A stretch of DNA of 56,903 nt. It comes from a virus (taxonomy: Duplodnaviria; Caudoviricetes). The notes under the pieces were generated by a model. It was not told the DNA's origin. It saw only the letters and a program-made list of their open reading frames with translations, and ran no database searches. Shown piece after piece: positions 9,586 to 19,129 of this stretch. The translations under genes were made by a program, and so were the position numbers. The stretch spans positions 1 to 56,903 of the IMG/VR virus record IMGVR_UViG_3300022540_000584. One strand, written 5' to 3'. The first letter of the stretch is position 1. Every line of letters starts with the position of its first letter.

Positions 9586-10077
9586 ATGCCCGACGACGCC
9601 GGTTTCCACATAGAGAACCTGCCCGAACTCATAGCCGCGCTGAAACAGTTTCCCAAGGACGTTCAGCGGGGGCTTAGGGTCGCCATGCGCGTAGCGAGTG
9701 AGGTAGTGCGCTCAGGCGTGGCGGAGTACTCGGCGGCCACCGGCGCGAACATGCCGCCGGGGCTGAACGGCTATTCGTGGTACGAGCGCGGCTTTGGCAC
9801 GCGCACCGTGACGGGCAGGGCTTATGCCACCAGCGAGGTGCTGGGCAAGTCGTGGACCGTGAAGGTCAAACAGACGGCGCGGATGACGAGCGGTATCATC
9901 GGTACGAACGTCAGTTATGCCCAACTCGTGCAAGGCGCGAAGCAGGCGGGCTTCCACCGGGCGCGGGGAGGGTAGTCGGTGGAGCGGGTGCTGTGCTCCT
10001 GGCGCGGGCGCATCTGGGGGGCGTTCGGCGACGTGGTGAAACGGGCGCTGGCTAAGATAGCGGCGAAGGGGGCGTAG
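9586..10077 (+). CDS. HK97 gp10-like neck protein, interrupted by an in-frame TAG at 9973-9975
   Basis: LGKSW...GIIGTNVSYAQLVQG motif; frame continues SVERVL...VVKRALAKIAAKGA to TAG at 10077. Confidence 0.7.
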
Positions 10078-10080
10078 GCG

Positions 10081-10602
10081 GTGAATATATCTTTCAAGAT
10101 ATTAGAGGGTGAACCAGATGCATCGATCACGCTTCCTGGTGACATTGGCTGCAAAGACCTTGAGCGAATAGGGCGTGAGATACGGGCGGCACTAGACCAG
10201 GCCGAACTCAGAGGAGAACAAAAGGCGCTGGCGAAGATTGCGGCGCCGGGAGGGGAGATGAAAGTATCAGATGAACTTATGTATGGAGAGGCACTACTCA
10301 CAGAGTACTGGCAAGAGTTCAATCAGACAGTTGCCGAAAAGATGTTTATGGAGATAGACAAGGCGATAATGGGGCCAGAAGTCAGCGTCAAGGCGCGCTT
10401 CCTTGAACTGCTGGAACAACATCCAGAACTGGCGCGGGGCCAGGTGTATATACAGGCTGTGATGGAGATAGGGGATCGAGTCATTGCAGAGGTAGTGGAG
10501 GGAATGGAAACGGATGAGCCTATCATTACGAAGGCATGGATAGGGAACCTTGACGAATATCGGTACTGTATAATGCAGATTGCGGTGGGAGATGAGGAAT
10601 GA
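10081..10602 (+). CDS. Hypothetical protein
   Basis: 173-aa ORF in operon orientation. Confidence 0.65.
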   Translation: MNISFKILEGEPDASITLPGDIGCKDLERIGREIRAALDQAELRGEQKALAKIAAPGGEMKVSDELMYGEALLTEYWQEFNQTVAEKMFMEIDKAIMGPEVSVKARFLELLEQHPELARGQVYIQAVMEIGDRVIAEVVEGMETDEPIITKAWIGNLDEYRYCIMQIAVGDEE

Positions 10603-10910
10603 CTTGCGGGCCAGAGACAGTTTCTATACCGCCGGGCGAGCAGATCCGCTTTACCGGTTTATCTGGTACTATGGCTGCCTTGACAACGAAGACAGCAGAA
10701 GTAGTTGTATACGGCATTTGGAGCGACATCGATGAGAATTGGCTAACGCTGCCGTCAGGGGAGTTATTCCATACCGTGTTCCCGTCCGTTGCTCAGGCGC
10801 AGTTGCACAGCGTGACAGTGTATTATCCAGATGTTCAAGCAAAATTGCAGTTTTATGTTCGCGAGTTGCCACCACTGGAGACCAATGACACCCAAGCCAA
10901 CCTGGACTGA
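10599..10910 (+). CDS. Hypothetical protein (paralogue of 11277..11498)
   Basis: ATGA coupling; shared GExFHT...AxAQL motif. Confidence 0.65.
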   Translation: MTCGPETVSIPPGEQIRFTGLSGTMAALTTKTAEVVVYGIWSDIDENWLTLPSGELFHTVFPSVAQAQLHSVTVYYPDVQAKLQFYVRELPPLETNDTQANLD

Positions 10911-11154
10911 CGAGGAGCAGTTCTGGCGCAGCGTCCGCCGCGCGATGCTGGAACTGGTGAACGCCATAGAGGTGGGCAAGCTGAGCGAGCACATTGACGT
11001 TCCTACCTCCAAGATGCGGGGATATCTAAAATCGTATCGGCTGGCCTATGCCTTCCCGCCCATCGCCGCCGAGCGCGTGCGCGAGCGCATTGCAGAATTG
11101 ACGGCGGAAAAGGTCGTGGAGTTGACAACGAAGGCGGAATGTGATAAACTGTAG
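10885..11154 (+). CDS. Hypothetical helical protein
   Basis: GGAG RBS; FWRSVRRAMLELVNAIE...PTSKMR. Confidence 0.65.
   Translation: MTPKPTWTDEEQFWRSVRRAMLELVNAIEVGKLSEHIDVPTSKMRGYLKSYRLAYAFPPIAAERVRERIAELTAEKVVELTTKAECDKL
11122..11150 (+). promoter_or_regulatory. Sigma70-type promoter for capsid module
   Basis: TTGACA-N17-TAAACT with extended TG. Confidence 0.7.
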
Positions 11155-11276
11155 GGGATAACAATCAAATAACTGGCCGTTCTTAATTGAAACGCCGCTG
11201 ACTTTTTAGCAGCCGTCTGCCACAGGCAGAACGCCGCTGAGAGACTAGCGGCGTTTTTTGCGTGTAAGAGCATGGC

Positions 11277-11498
11277 ATGAGTGATAAACAAACGATATAC
11301 GGCATTCAGGCTATAGAGAAAAAACTGTGGTACGTCCTAGATACTGGTGAAGTATTCCACACGCCCCATCGTGCTGTTGCCATGGCGCAATTGCAGCACG
11401 TAAAGTATCACTGTATACCAGAATATACATATGCTGTGCGTGAGTTTACCCCATCAAATGAATGTTCAGGAGGCGACTTATGCCATACGATAAACTGA
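11277..11498 (+). CDS. Hypothetical protein
   Basis: Shares WxxLxxGExFHT...AxAQLxxV with 10599..10910. Confidence 0.6.
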   Translation: MSDKQTIYGIQAIEKKLWYVLDTGEVFHTPHRAVAMAQLQHVKYHCIPEYTYAVREFTPSNECSGGDLCHTIN

Positions 11499-12391
11499 GC
11501 GACGCGCCCGCCTCGTTACGAGGCATAAAGCCGCCATTGACGTTGGCACAGATAAACGGCATTGCCCGGTGCGCTGATGCGCTGGAAGACGAGGGCGAAG
11601 TTGAGAGTCCTCATGCCGTATGTATCTCGTCTTTCAAGAAATCACACCAGATTGAGGATGGCAAGTGGGTCAAGCGCGAGGGAGGCAAATCAATGGACAC
11701 GGTAGAGATTGACGGTGTAAAAGTGCGCTTGGAAGAGTTAGTAGCAGCCTATAAAGCAATAATGGAACGTGAAGCAGCGCTGGAGGACAAGCCGCTTGCC
11801 GTCAAGACCCTGCGCGAGGAAAACGGCGGCATCGTCGTGGGCGGCCCCTTGCTGCTATTTGGCGATGCCCGGCACCGCGATCTGCAAAAAGAATATTTCA
11901 CGCCTGAAACGTGGCTGGGGCTGGACGAATACAAGTCTGTCCCAGCCCTGTTCCATCACGGGCTCGACCAGGACATCGGCCTGGCCGTGATGGGACATCG
12001 CGTCAAGGCAGAGGTGCGCGATACCGGCGTGTGGGTAGAGGATTGGCTTGACACATCCGGAAAATACTGGCAGATGGTCAAGCCGCTGCTGGATGCCGAG
12101 GCGCTATATTACTCACCCGGCAGCGCGCCACATCTCGTAAAACGCCACAGTGACGGGCGGCTGGAATCTTTCCCCGTCATCGAGGATACGTTGACACCCA
12201 TTCCGGCACAGTTCCGGCTGTTGCCGGTTGACCAGGTGAAGGCGGCGTACAAAGCCGCCGGCCTAGACCTCCCGCAACTGGATGAAGGCGGAGAACCGGC
12301 GGGGGCCGGTTGCCAGAAGGCAGAGGCGGAGAAGATGCAGGCCGAGATTGAGTTAGCATTACAAGAGATTGAACTAGCGGAGGTAAACTAA
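11480..12391 (+). CDS. Prohead protease / scaffold
   Basis: AGGAGG RBS; RDLQKEYF, LFHHG, GVWV, YSPGS, TLTPIPA; precedes major capsid gene. Confidence 0.85.
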   Translation: MPYDKLSDAPASLRGIKPPLTLAQINGIARCADALEDEGEVESPHAVCISSFKKSHQIEDGKWVKREGGKSMDTVEIDGVKVRLEELVAAYKAIMEREAALEDKPLAVKTLREENGGIVVGGPLLLFGDARHRDLQKEYFTPETWLGLDEYKSVPALFHHGLDQDIGLAVMGHRVKAEVRDTGVWVEDWLDTSGKYWQMVKPLLDAEALYYSPGSAPHLVKRHSDGRLESFPVIEDTLTPIPAQFRLLPVDQVKAAYKAAGLDLPQLDEGGEPAGAGCQKAEAEKMQAEIELALQEIELAEVN

Positions 12392-13788
12392 TGAACGAGT
12401 GGGAAAAGTTTTTCAAACAAGCAAAAGAGAAGCTGATTGCCGCCAAGGCGTTGCTTGAGGGCGACGCGCCGGACATGGAGCAGATCAAAGCGCTTCAGGC
12501 TGACGCGGCACAGTTGCAAGAGCGGGCCGAGGCGATGAAGGCCGTGGCGAGTAGCCTCGGCGCGATCGCAGAGCCGCAGTTGCCCGCCGCCCTGCCGACC
12601 GGCCCGGATCCGGCGCCGACGCCCGCGCCGACGCAGGCAGAGCACGATGCCGCTGTAGTGAAGGCTGTAACTATCTTGCGCTTTGGCGTCACCGATGAGC
12701 CGACGTCGCTGGTGATGCGCGAGATTTACGGCGATGACTACCGGCAGAAGTTCTGGGAGCAGGAACAGGGCCTCAAGGCCTACATGCGCGATCCCTATGG
12801 TATGATAGCGCGCGGGCAGCGGCAGATGTGGAGTTCCACCGACGTAGTGGACATGCTCAAGAGCGGCCTAAGCGTCGCCGAGATCAAGGCCACGATGGTT
12901 GAGGGGACTGACATCCTGGGCGGCTTCGCAGTGCCACCGCACGTGATGAGTAACATCATCGCACGGATGAGGGGTCTCACCGCCGTGCGAGAGGGCGGCG
13001 CGCTGATCATCCAGTCTGCGAGCAACATGGTCAAATGGCTGCGGTTAACCGGAGGTGGGAGCCAATATCCAACTGCCATGCGCGGCCTGTGGGGAACCGA
13101 GACTCAGTCGCCGACGGCGGACGACTTCAAGCTCGGAGAATTGGACATCCCGGTGAACGTCTATACCTATAAGGTGAATTTTAGCGTATCATTGCTAGAG
13201 GACGCCGTGAACCTGGTACAGGTGTTCACCAGCCTGGTCGCCGACACGATGGCGATCGACGAGGACACGGTTTGCCTGACCGGGGACGGCGCAGGGAAGC
13301 CGCGCGGCCTCCTGCCCGGCACGGCAGGGAGCGGTGCGAACGCCGACGCGCTGACAGAGGTAGTCTCGGGCCATGCATCGGAAATAGCGATGGACGGCCT
13401 GAAACTGCTCAAGCGCGGCATCCAGTCACAGTACCGCGCAGCCGGCAGGGCTACCCTGATCGGCAACTCTGATACCGGCGCGGATATTGAGACGATGACC
13501 GATGGGATGGGTCGCTACTTCGTAGACGACCTGAATGTAGGCGAGAAGTTCTTGGGCGCTACGTGGCGTGAGAGCGAGAGTATGCCCGACGTGACTGCCG
13601 GGTATTTCCCTCTCATTTATGGCGATATGTCAGGATACGCAATCGTCGAACGCCTGGGTATGGCTATCCAGCGCTATAACGATAGCAATACCGGGATCAA
13701 CCTGGTGCAATTCCACATCCGCCGCCGGTTGGGCGGACGTGTGATTGAGCCGTGGAAATTCGCGGTCCAAGAAGTTGCTGCGAGCTAG
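12391..13788 (+). CDS. Major capsid protein (HK97 fold)
   Basis: GGFAVPP, SVSLLEDA, LTGDGAGKPRGLL, YGDMSGYAIVERLG, RRRLGG. Confidence 0.95.
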   Translation: MNEWEKFFKQAKEKLIAAKALLEGDAPDMEQIKALQADAAQLQERAEAMKAVASSLGAIAEPQLPAALPTGPDPAPTPAPTQAEHDAAVVKAVTILRFGVTDEPTSLVMREIYGDDYRQKFWEQEQGLKAYMRDPYGMIARGQRQMWSSTDVVDMLKSGLSVAEIKATMVEGTDILGGFAVPPHVMSNIIARMRGLTAVREGGALIIQSASNMVKWLRLTGGGSQYPTAMRGLWGTETQSPTADDFKLGELDIPVNVYTYKVNFSVSLLEDAVNLVQVFTSLVADTMAIDEDTVCLTGDGAGKPRGLLPGTAGSGANADALTEVVSGHASEIAMDGLKLLKRGIQSQYRAAGRATLIGNSDTGADIETMTDGMGRYFVDDLNVGEKFLGATWRESESMPDVTAGYFPLIYGDMSGYAIVERLGMAIQRYNDSNTGINLVQFHIRRRLGGRVIEPWKFAVQEVAAS

Positions 13789-13814
13789 GTTAGAGTAAGT
13801 TAGGTTAGGAGGAA

Positions 13815-14303
13815 ATGACAATGAGCGGAAGTTTACTGAGTTCCAAGTACAAGTTTGTCAGCGGGCACACCGAAGCCGCCGACAGCGCCAGCCACGACCT
13901 GGAGGATGTGCTCGTCAATGACGAGTATTATCCTGCGTCGGGCTCTTACATCGATGTTTCGGGTGCTGAGCGGGTGCACGTTCTGCTTCACATCGGCACG
14001 CTGGCGGACGCCATCACATTCCAGTTGTATGAGGCGGAGGCGGTAGATGGCACAGAGGACGCGCTGAGCAGCTCGTACTACAAGCATACCTGCACCGCCA
14101 CCGACGAGGGCGAGTTCGTCGTCATCACGATCGAGGTGTCACGGATGAGCCTTGACCACCACTTCCTCACCACGAAAGTGGGGGCCGTGAGCGGCAGCGA
14201 CTATGCCACGATCGTCTACTTGCTGGAGATGTACGGGGAATTGCCGCCGACGCAGAGCACCGACTACTTCCCCAGCGGCAACCAATACTACTTCACCGGA
14301 TAG
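13815..14303 (+). CDS. Head decoration-like protein
   Basis: AGGAGG RBS, follows MCP, beta-rich. Confidence 0.65.
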   Translation: MTMSGSLLSSKYKFVSGHTEAADSASHDLEDVLVNDEYYPASGSYIDVSGAERVHVLLHIGTLADAITFQLYEAEAVDGTEDALSSSYYKHTCTATDEGEFVVITIEVSRMSLDHHFLTTKVGAVSGSDYATIVYLLEMYGELPPTQSTDYFPSGNQYYFTG

Positions 14304-14328
14304 CCGGTGTGGAAACAACTACGGGCGG

Positions 14329-14387
14329 GGGGGGGGGGGCGGGGGGCAAAAAAAGTCGGGGGGGGGGGGCCCCACGCCCGCCCCGCC
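14329..14387 (+). terminator. GC-rich hairpin (probably corrupted by G miscalls)
   Basis: 3' arm GCCCCACGCCCGCCCCGCC matches the 5' G-run except at three X-to-G positions. Confidence 0.4.
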
Positions 14388-14400
14388 ATAGGGGGTACAA

Positions 14401-15081
14401 ATGAATCAGAAACAATGGACGAAACCGTGGAGGTTTGTCGCCGCCGTCGCGCTGGCAGTGAGCACGCTCGCCGCCACACTAGCCGGCATCGCAATCTGGG
14501 CTCCGGCGGAAGAGGCCGTACCGCGCGCGCCTCAATGCAATGTATACACCGAACAGGGATGTGATAAGTACGTCGTGGCTTCTGGCGGCGAATTGGAATT
14601 GAGCGGCGAACTGGAGGTGCAGTCTGCCGGCGAGGTGGAGATACTGTCGGGCGGCATCTTGGATGTACAGAGCGGCGCGACGTTCGCGCCGGCGCTGAGC
14701 GGCGACGTCACTTTCGAGAACGGCACCACGCTCGGCGAGGCAGTCGATACGGTACTCGACCTCTCTGAATTCCTCGCGTTCACCGCGCAGACCGCCATAA
14801 GCATCACGGAAGGGGCAACAATCACGCCGACGGGCACTTATCAGCCGTTGACCTCCGCTGCGGCCGTGACTACCAGTACATCTTGCGCTGTCTACAGCGG
14901 GACTGTCAAGGGGCAGATTCTTGTCTTGACGAACGAAAATGCCTCCGACGCGATTATAATCGACGACGGGGCCAACACTGCCCTGGGCGGAAACAAGACG
15001 CTCACTGGCGGCCAGGGCGATGCGCTGTACTTGATGTGGGACGAGACGGATTGGTTCTGCATTGGTTATAACGATAACTGA
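14401..15081 (+). CDS. Head-fibre-like protein with N-terminal signal/TM segment
   Basis: Hydrophobic residues ~12-33, then NVYTEQGCDKYVVASGG resembling phage head-fibre N-termini. Confidence 0.65.
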   Translation: MNQKQWTKPWRFVAAVALAVSTLAATLAGIAIWAPAEEAVPRAPQCNVYTEQGCDKYVVASGGELELSGELEVQSAGEVEILSGGILDVQSGATFAPALSGDVTFENGTTLGEAVDTVLDLSEFLAFTAQTAISITEGATITPTGTYQPLTSAAAVTTSTSCAVYSGTVKGQILVLTNENASDAIIIDDGANTALGGNKTLTGGQGDALYLMWDETDWFCIGYNDN

Positions 15082-15176
15082 TGGGCATCGCTTTCTGTCT
15101 GCTATGTGCGATCTTTGCCCTCGGCGGACTCGTCCAGGCTGTCTTGGTCATCGTCCGGCGAGCGCGACGAGGATGA
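15081..15176 (+). CDS. 31-aa single-TM peptide
   Basis: MGIAFCLLCAIFALGGLVQAVLVIVRRARRG, coupled to both neighbours. Confidence 0.5.
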   Translation: MGIAFCLLCAIFALGGLVQAVLVIVRRARRG

Positions 15177-15177
15177 G

Positions 15178-15723
15178 ATGCGAGTATTCGCGTACTGTTG
15201 CGCGAGCTTCGCAGATGTGACGAGGAAGGCAGCGGGCGTTGAGCCTTTGATCTCGCCGCCGGCTTCAGTCTATAATCTCGACCCACAACGGCTGAGCGGA
15301 CGTGACTTACTGTACTTCGACTTACACGGCTTGCCGGGCGAATCGTTCTGGCTGGGTGACGACCGCACCTTAGCAATGACAGCAACTGCATTGAGGACAG
15401 TCAACCTGGCCGGCACCGTCGTCTTTGCCTTAAGTTGCTTTCTCGCCGATCCTAATAGCCCGATGCTGGACGCCTTGCTCGACGCCGGGGCACGCTACGT
15501 CGTCGGCGGCGACGGCCAGAACTGGGCGGGCGGGAAGCGAGCAATGATGGGGGCTGGACTGCTGGGCCTATGGTTCCGGCGGCTGCTGACCTGGGGGATC
15601 CCGCCGCTCGAGGCGCTGGCCTGGGCGAAGCGACGGGTTGGCTTGTCGGCGATAAAACGGGGTAAGCGCCTGGCGGCGAAGGACACGCTTGGCTTTCGGG
15701 CATACTATCGGGAGGCGACATGA
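15178..15723 (+). CDS. Caspase/CHAT (clan CD)-like cysteine protease domain
   Basis: LLYFDLHG (His) and VVFALSCF (Cys), then LLDAGARYVVG. Confidence 0.65.
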   Translation: MRVFAYCCASFADVTRKAAGVEPLISPPASVYNLDPQRLSGRDLLYFDLHGLPGESFWLGDDRTLAMTATALRTVNLAGTVVFALSCFLADPNSPMLDALLDAGARYVVGGDGQNWAGGKRAMMGAGLLGLWFRRLLTWGIPPLEALAWAKRRVGLSAIKRGKRLAAKDTLGFRAYYREAT

Positions 15724-16061
15724 GCTCTATTCAATTAGCGGTAGATGTTTGTTACCGCGCTGCGATACGTTGTAATACCAGCGGCAACAATACTATCGTC
15801 GCCGCTACCAGCGGCAAGAAGATCAAAGTGCTCGGCGTATTCTTGGTAGCCGCTGGTAGCGTAGACGTGCGCTTCGAATCTGGCGCGAGCGGCACAGCAC
15901 TAACCGGCCAAATGAGCCTGGCCGCCGACGGTGACGGTTTTGTGCTTCCCGTCGCCCCCGCTGGCTACCATTGGTTCGAGACCGCATCTGGAGCACTGCT
16001 GAACCTGGAGTTGTCCGGGGCGGTATACGTAGACGGGTGTATAGTATATTACGTGGAGTAG
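15720..16061 (+). CDS. Small jelly-roll virion protein
   Basis: GGAGG RBS; IVAATSGKKIKV...ALLNLELSGAVYVDG. Confidence 0.65.
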   Translation: MSSIQLAVDVCYRAAIRCNTSGNNTIVAATSGKKIKVLGVFLVAAGSVDVRFESGASGTALTGQMSLAADGDGFVLPVAPAGYHWFETASGALLNLELSGAVYVDGCIVYYVE

Positions 16062-16073
16062 CGCGGAGGTTAG

Positions 16074-16388
16074 ATGATAAAGGTGCAGATTCTACGAGAT
16101 GGAAAGTTCTCTGATTTTAACATCCCTGGTCTACGCCACAGGGTCGGCAAGCAGCAACTGGTCGCCGGCGACGTGATGGACTATCCCGACTGGTACGCCG
16201 AGAGTATCATCGAGGACGGATTGGCCGTAGCCTATGTAGCGCCAGGGCCACGGGCCGAGCAACTCATTGATGCTACTAGCGCGGCGTTCAAGCTAGCAGG
16301 CGCACTCGAAGTTGATCTATTCACTGTTACAGGCAGCGGCGCGGGCGGCCGCATCACTGCGGGGGATGTGAGAAAGGCAGTGCAGTGA
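16074..16388 (+). CDS. Protein with C-terminal E3-binding (PSBD) domain
   Basis: ATSAAFKLAGALEVDLFTVTGSGAGGRITAGDV matches the 2-oxoacid dehydrogenase PSBD consensus. Confidence 0.8.
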   Translation: MIKVQILRDGKFSDFNIPGLRHRVGKQQLVAGDVMDYPDWYAESIIEDGLAVAYVAPGPRAEQLIDATSAAFKLAGALEVDLFTVTGSGAGGRITAGDVRKAVQ

Positions 16389-17257
16389 CAAATGAATATT
16401 GCAGTTTTGAGACGTTGGACGAGTACCAGGACCTGGAGACGGGTGAGAGCGGCACGCCCGATGACGTGCGCGACCTGCGCAACTTCTGCACCGTCGCATC
16501 CAGGATGTGGGACGGCTCGACGCGCCGCAAGTTCTATCCGCGCTCTGAGATACGTTACTTCGATCACCCAGACGATGCCACCCGGCTGAAAGTAGACGAT
16601 GACCTCCTAGAGATCACTGCGTTTACTACACAGAACGGTGCCGAGGCCGTATCCGCCGCTGACTACTATCTCATGTGTGGTACGTCCTATAACCTCCAGC
16701 CGTATGACAGGCTGGTGATGAAGACAGACGGCGACATGCCGGTACTATTGTACTCCGACAGACTACAGAAAGCTAACGCCGTGACCGGCATCTGGGGTTA
16801 CCACGAGGACTGGGCCGACGCCTGGCAGGATAGCAACGATACGGTGCAAGACGATTCGCTAACCGCCGCCGCCACCACGCTGACCGTAGCCGACGTGAAC
16901 GGCAAGGGCGTCTATGGCCTGAAGCCACGGTTCAAGATACAAATGTTGCTGAAAATCGAGGATGAATACGTCTACGCCATTGGCAGGGACAAGTCCACCG
17001 AAACGTTGACACTGATGCGCGGCGTCAACGGCACGACGGCGGCGGAGCATGCCAAGGACACGACTGTCTATGTCTACCGACCGATGGAGGAAGTGGCCCA
17101 CGCCGTCAGGCGGCTGGCGGCCTGGCTCTACGCGCAACGTAATACGCCGTTTACTGAACAGATGGCAACGGTAGAGGTAGGTGGTGTCGTCATCATACCG
17201 CAGGCCGCGCCCGTCGATGTCCAGGCATTGGCGGCGATGTACCGGAGGCGATGGTGA
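16385..17257 (+). CDS. Head-tail connector/adaptor (gp6-like)
   Basis: YCS...ASRMWDGSTRRKFY, VTGIWGY, AVRRLAAWLY, YRR C-terminus. Confidence 0.8.
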   Translation: MTNEYCSFETLDEYQDLETGESGTPDDVRDLRNFCTVASRMWDGSTRRKFYPRSEIRYFDHPDDATRLKVDDDLLEITAFTTQNGAEAVSAADYYLMCGTSYNLQPYDRLVMKTDGDMPVLLYSDRLQKANAVTGIWGYHEDWADAWQDSNDTVQDDSLTAAATTLTVADVNGKGVYGLKPRFKIQMLLKIEDEYVYAIGRDKSTETLTLMRGVNGTTAAEHAKDTTVYVYRPMEEVAHAVRRLAAWLYAQRNTPFTEQMATVEVGGVVIIPQAAPVDVQALAAMYRRRW

Positions 17258-17697
17258 CTATCGCTGCGGTAGCGACGCGATTGGCGCTCATCCAGAGTGC
17301 CATAGCAGGTGTGAGGAAAGCCTACGACCTGGACAGCATGCCGAACAAGTTGGGGCGGCTGCCCGCTGTCACGAACCACCCTGGCCCGGCGACTTACGAG
17401 GGTTACGGCAGCGGGGATATTACGGAAACGCGCACTTGGTGGATGAGGCTCTACGTCACGCCGGCGCAGCGCCCGATCGACGTATCAAAGAAGGCGGCAC
17501 GGGTCGAGCCGTTCTTTCGCCGGTTCATGGCAGCATTCGCCGACGCGCAGCAACTCAATGATTTAGACGACATACAATGGGCCTGGATTGGCGAGGACGA
17601 TGGAGTGATGGGGCTAGAATATGAAGGCGAGTGGTTCGCCGGAATTCAATTCAGTTTGACGGTCAAGGAAACTTGGAACACGACAGTTAGCACGTAG
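17251..17697 (+). CDS. Tail completion/terminator protein
   Basis: Size, position before tail tube, C-terminal FSLTVKE strand. Confidence 0.65.
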   Translation: MVTIAAVATRLALIQSAIAGVRKAYDLDSMPNKLGRLPAVTNHPGPATYEGYGSGDITETRTWWMRLYVTPAQRPIDVSKKAARVEPFFRRFMAAFADAQQLNDLDDIQWAWIGEDDGVMGLEYEGEWFAGIQFSLTVKETWNTTVST

Positions 17698-17703
17698 GAG
17701 GTA

Positions 17704-18729
17704 ATGATGGCTACAGGAATAAAACGACTTCGGAAGATTTACCTGGGCGATGAAGGGACTCCTGGAAGTGCCGTCGCAGCAGATACCATTTGGCGCGGTG
17801 TCGGCGCGGGGCCGGAAATCCTGGACGATATCCAGTTCGTCGAGGAGGATACGGGCACCTTCGGCGGCAGCAATCGCAGCGTCAAGGTGAGCGTGGGCGC
17901 TCAAATCGCGCTCGCCGCCACGCCGTTAACGTTCGAGCAATTTCCGCTGTTGTGCCAGATGGGTATTGAGGCACAGCAGACCGGCGTGGCCGACGGCGGT
18001 GGCAGCGGGCTGATCTATACCTTTGACCTCCCCCTCACCTCAGCCAATACTATCAGGACGTACACTGTTGAGGCCGGAAATAATGAGGAGTGCTGGGACA
18101 TCGAGTATTGCTTCTGTCCCGAGTTCACCGTAACGGGCGGGCCTAGCGCCGCTGTCACGATGGCCGGGCTCCTGCGCGGGCGGCAGGCCACGCCGGGGCA
18201 GTCTTTTGCCTCATTGACTGTCTCGGCAGTAGACGAGGCCGTGTTCAACCCGAGCAAGCTCTACCTAGACGCCGCCGGTGGCACGATGGGCAACACAGCA
18301 GTGGAGGGTTCCTTCCTGGGCTTCACGTTCAAGGTCACCACTGGCTTGATACCGATGTTCACTGGTGACGGTCAACTGTACTTTTACAACGTTGAGCAAA
18401 TAGGCTGGGTGGGAAATATCACCTGCGACGTAGTGTTTAAGCATGTGGCAGGTACAGACACTGGGCACGCCAACTGGCTGGCCCAGACTGCGCGACTGCT
18501 GGAGATCAAGCTAGAGGGGCCAGACCTGGGCACGGAGGGCACGGACTATGCCAAGAAGACCGTGCGCTTCCAATTGCCGGGTAAGTGGCAGTCATTCGCC
18601 GCGCTAAGCGACATAGACGGCGTGGATGTTCTCACCGGCACGTTTCGGGTAGCGAAAGAAACTACGCCCGATCCCGATCTGGGGCCTAAGATTGTGGTAG
18701 TCAATGAGACAGCAAATTACTGGGCCTAA
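17704..18729 (+). CDS. Major tail tube protein
   Basis: GDEGTPG start, YTFD, TYTVEAG, VVVNET end; precedes chaperones and tape measure. Confidence 0.8.
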   Translation: MMATGIKRLRKIYLGDEGTPGSAVAADTIWRGVGAGPEILDDIQFVEEDTGTFGGSNRSVKVSVGAQIALAATPLTFEQFPLLCQMGIEAQQTGVADGGGSGLIYTFDLPLTSANTIRTYTVEAGNNEECWDIEYCFCPEFTVTGGPSAAVTMAGLLRGRQATPGQSFASLTVSAVDEAVFNPSKLYLDAAGGTMGNTAVEGSFLGFTFKVTTGLIPMFTGDGQLYFYNVEQIGWVGNITCDVVFKHVAGTDTGHANWLAQTARLLEIKLEGPDLGTEGTDYAKKTVRFQLPGKWQSFAALSDIDGVDVLTGTFRVAKETTPDPDLGPKIVVVNETANYWA

Positions 18730-18754
18730 GCCCAACTATAGGAGGCGTGACGAA

Positions 18755-19129
18755 ATGTCAACCCTGAGCATCATCAACGAGTTCCCGATACTGCGTCATA
18801 GGCTAGACCTGGGCGACTATCATCCCGACCTGGAGGGTAACGAGGTCGAGATATGGCTCAACCTGAGCGACGACTTTCAAGAGCGCTGGCGGGCATACAA
18901 TGCAGGGGTGGGAGCGCTGGCAAAAAAGAAGCCAGATGCCGACTTGACCGATGCGCTCAAGCGAGCTCGCGCCGAACTGTTTGCCGAACTGTGGGACTTG
19001 GCCGTGGTCGACACGGCAGCGCTGTTTGACAAGACAGAGGCAGTGGGGCTGCGGGCCTGGATGCGCCGCCGCACCTGGGAACTAATCGAGGAGTACGCAA
19101 CCGGGCGGGGGGAAGCCGGCGGGGATTGA
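18755..19129 (+). CDS. Tail assembly chaperone (G-like)
   Basis: AGGAGG RBS; between tail tube and tape measure. Confidence 0.7.
   Translation: MSTLSIINEFPILRHRLDLGDYHPDLEGNEVEIWLNLSDDFQERWRAYNAGVGALAKKKPDADLTDALKRARAELFAELWDLAVVDTAALFDKTEAVGLRAWMRRRTWELIEEYATGRGEAGGD

Noticed and set aside
9965-10030. In-frame TAG in the gp10-like gene suggesting stop-codon reassignment
   Set aside because: TAG terminates many core genes normally (terL, MCP, MuF); the local sequence is G-biased, so a sequencing error or point lesion is more likely
14323-14400. Long G-runs suggesting a G-quadruplex or phase-variable tract
   Set aside because: Deviations from the complementary hairpin arm and from a GGAGG RBS are all changes to G, typical of base-calling error in GC hairpins
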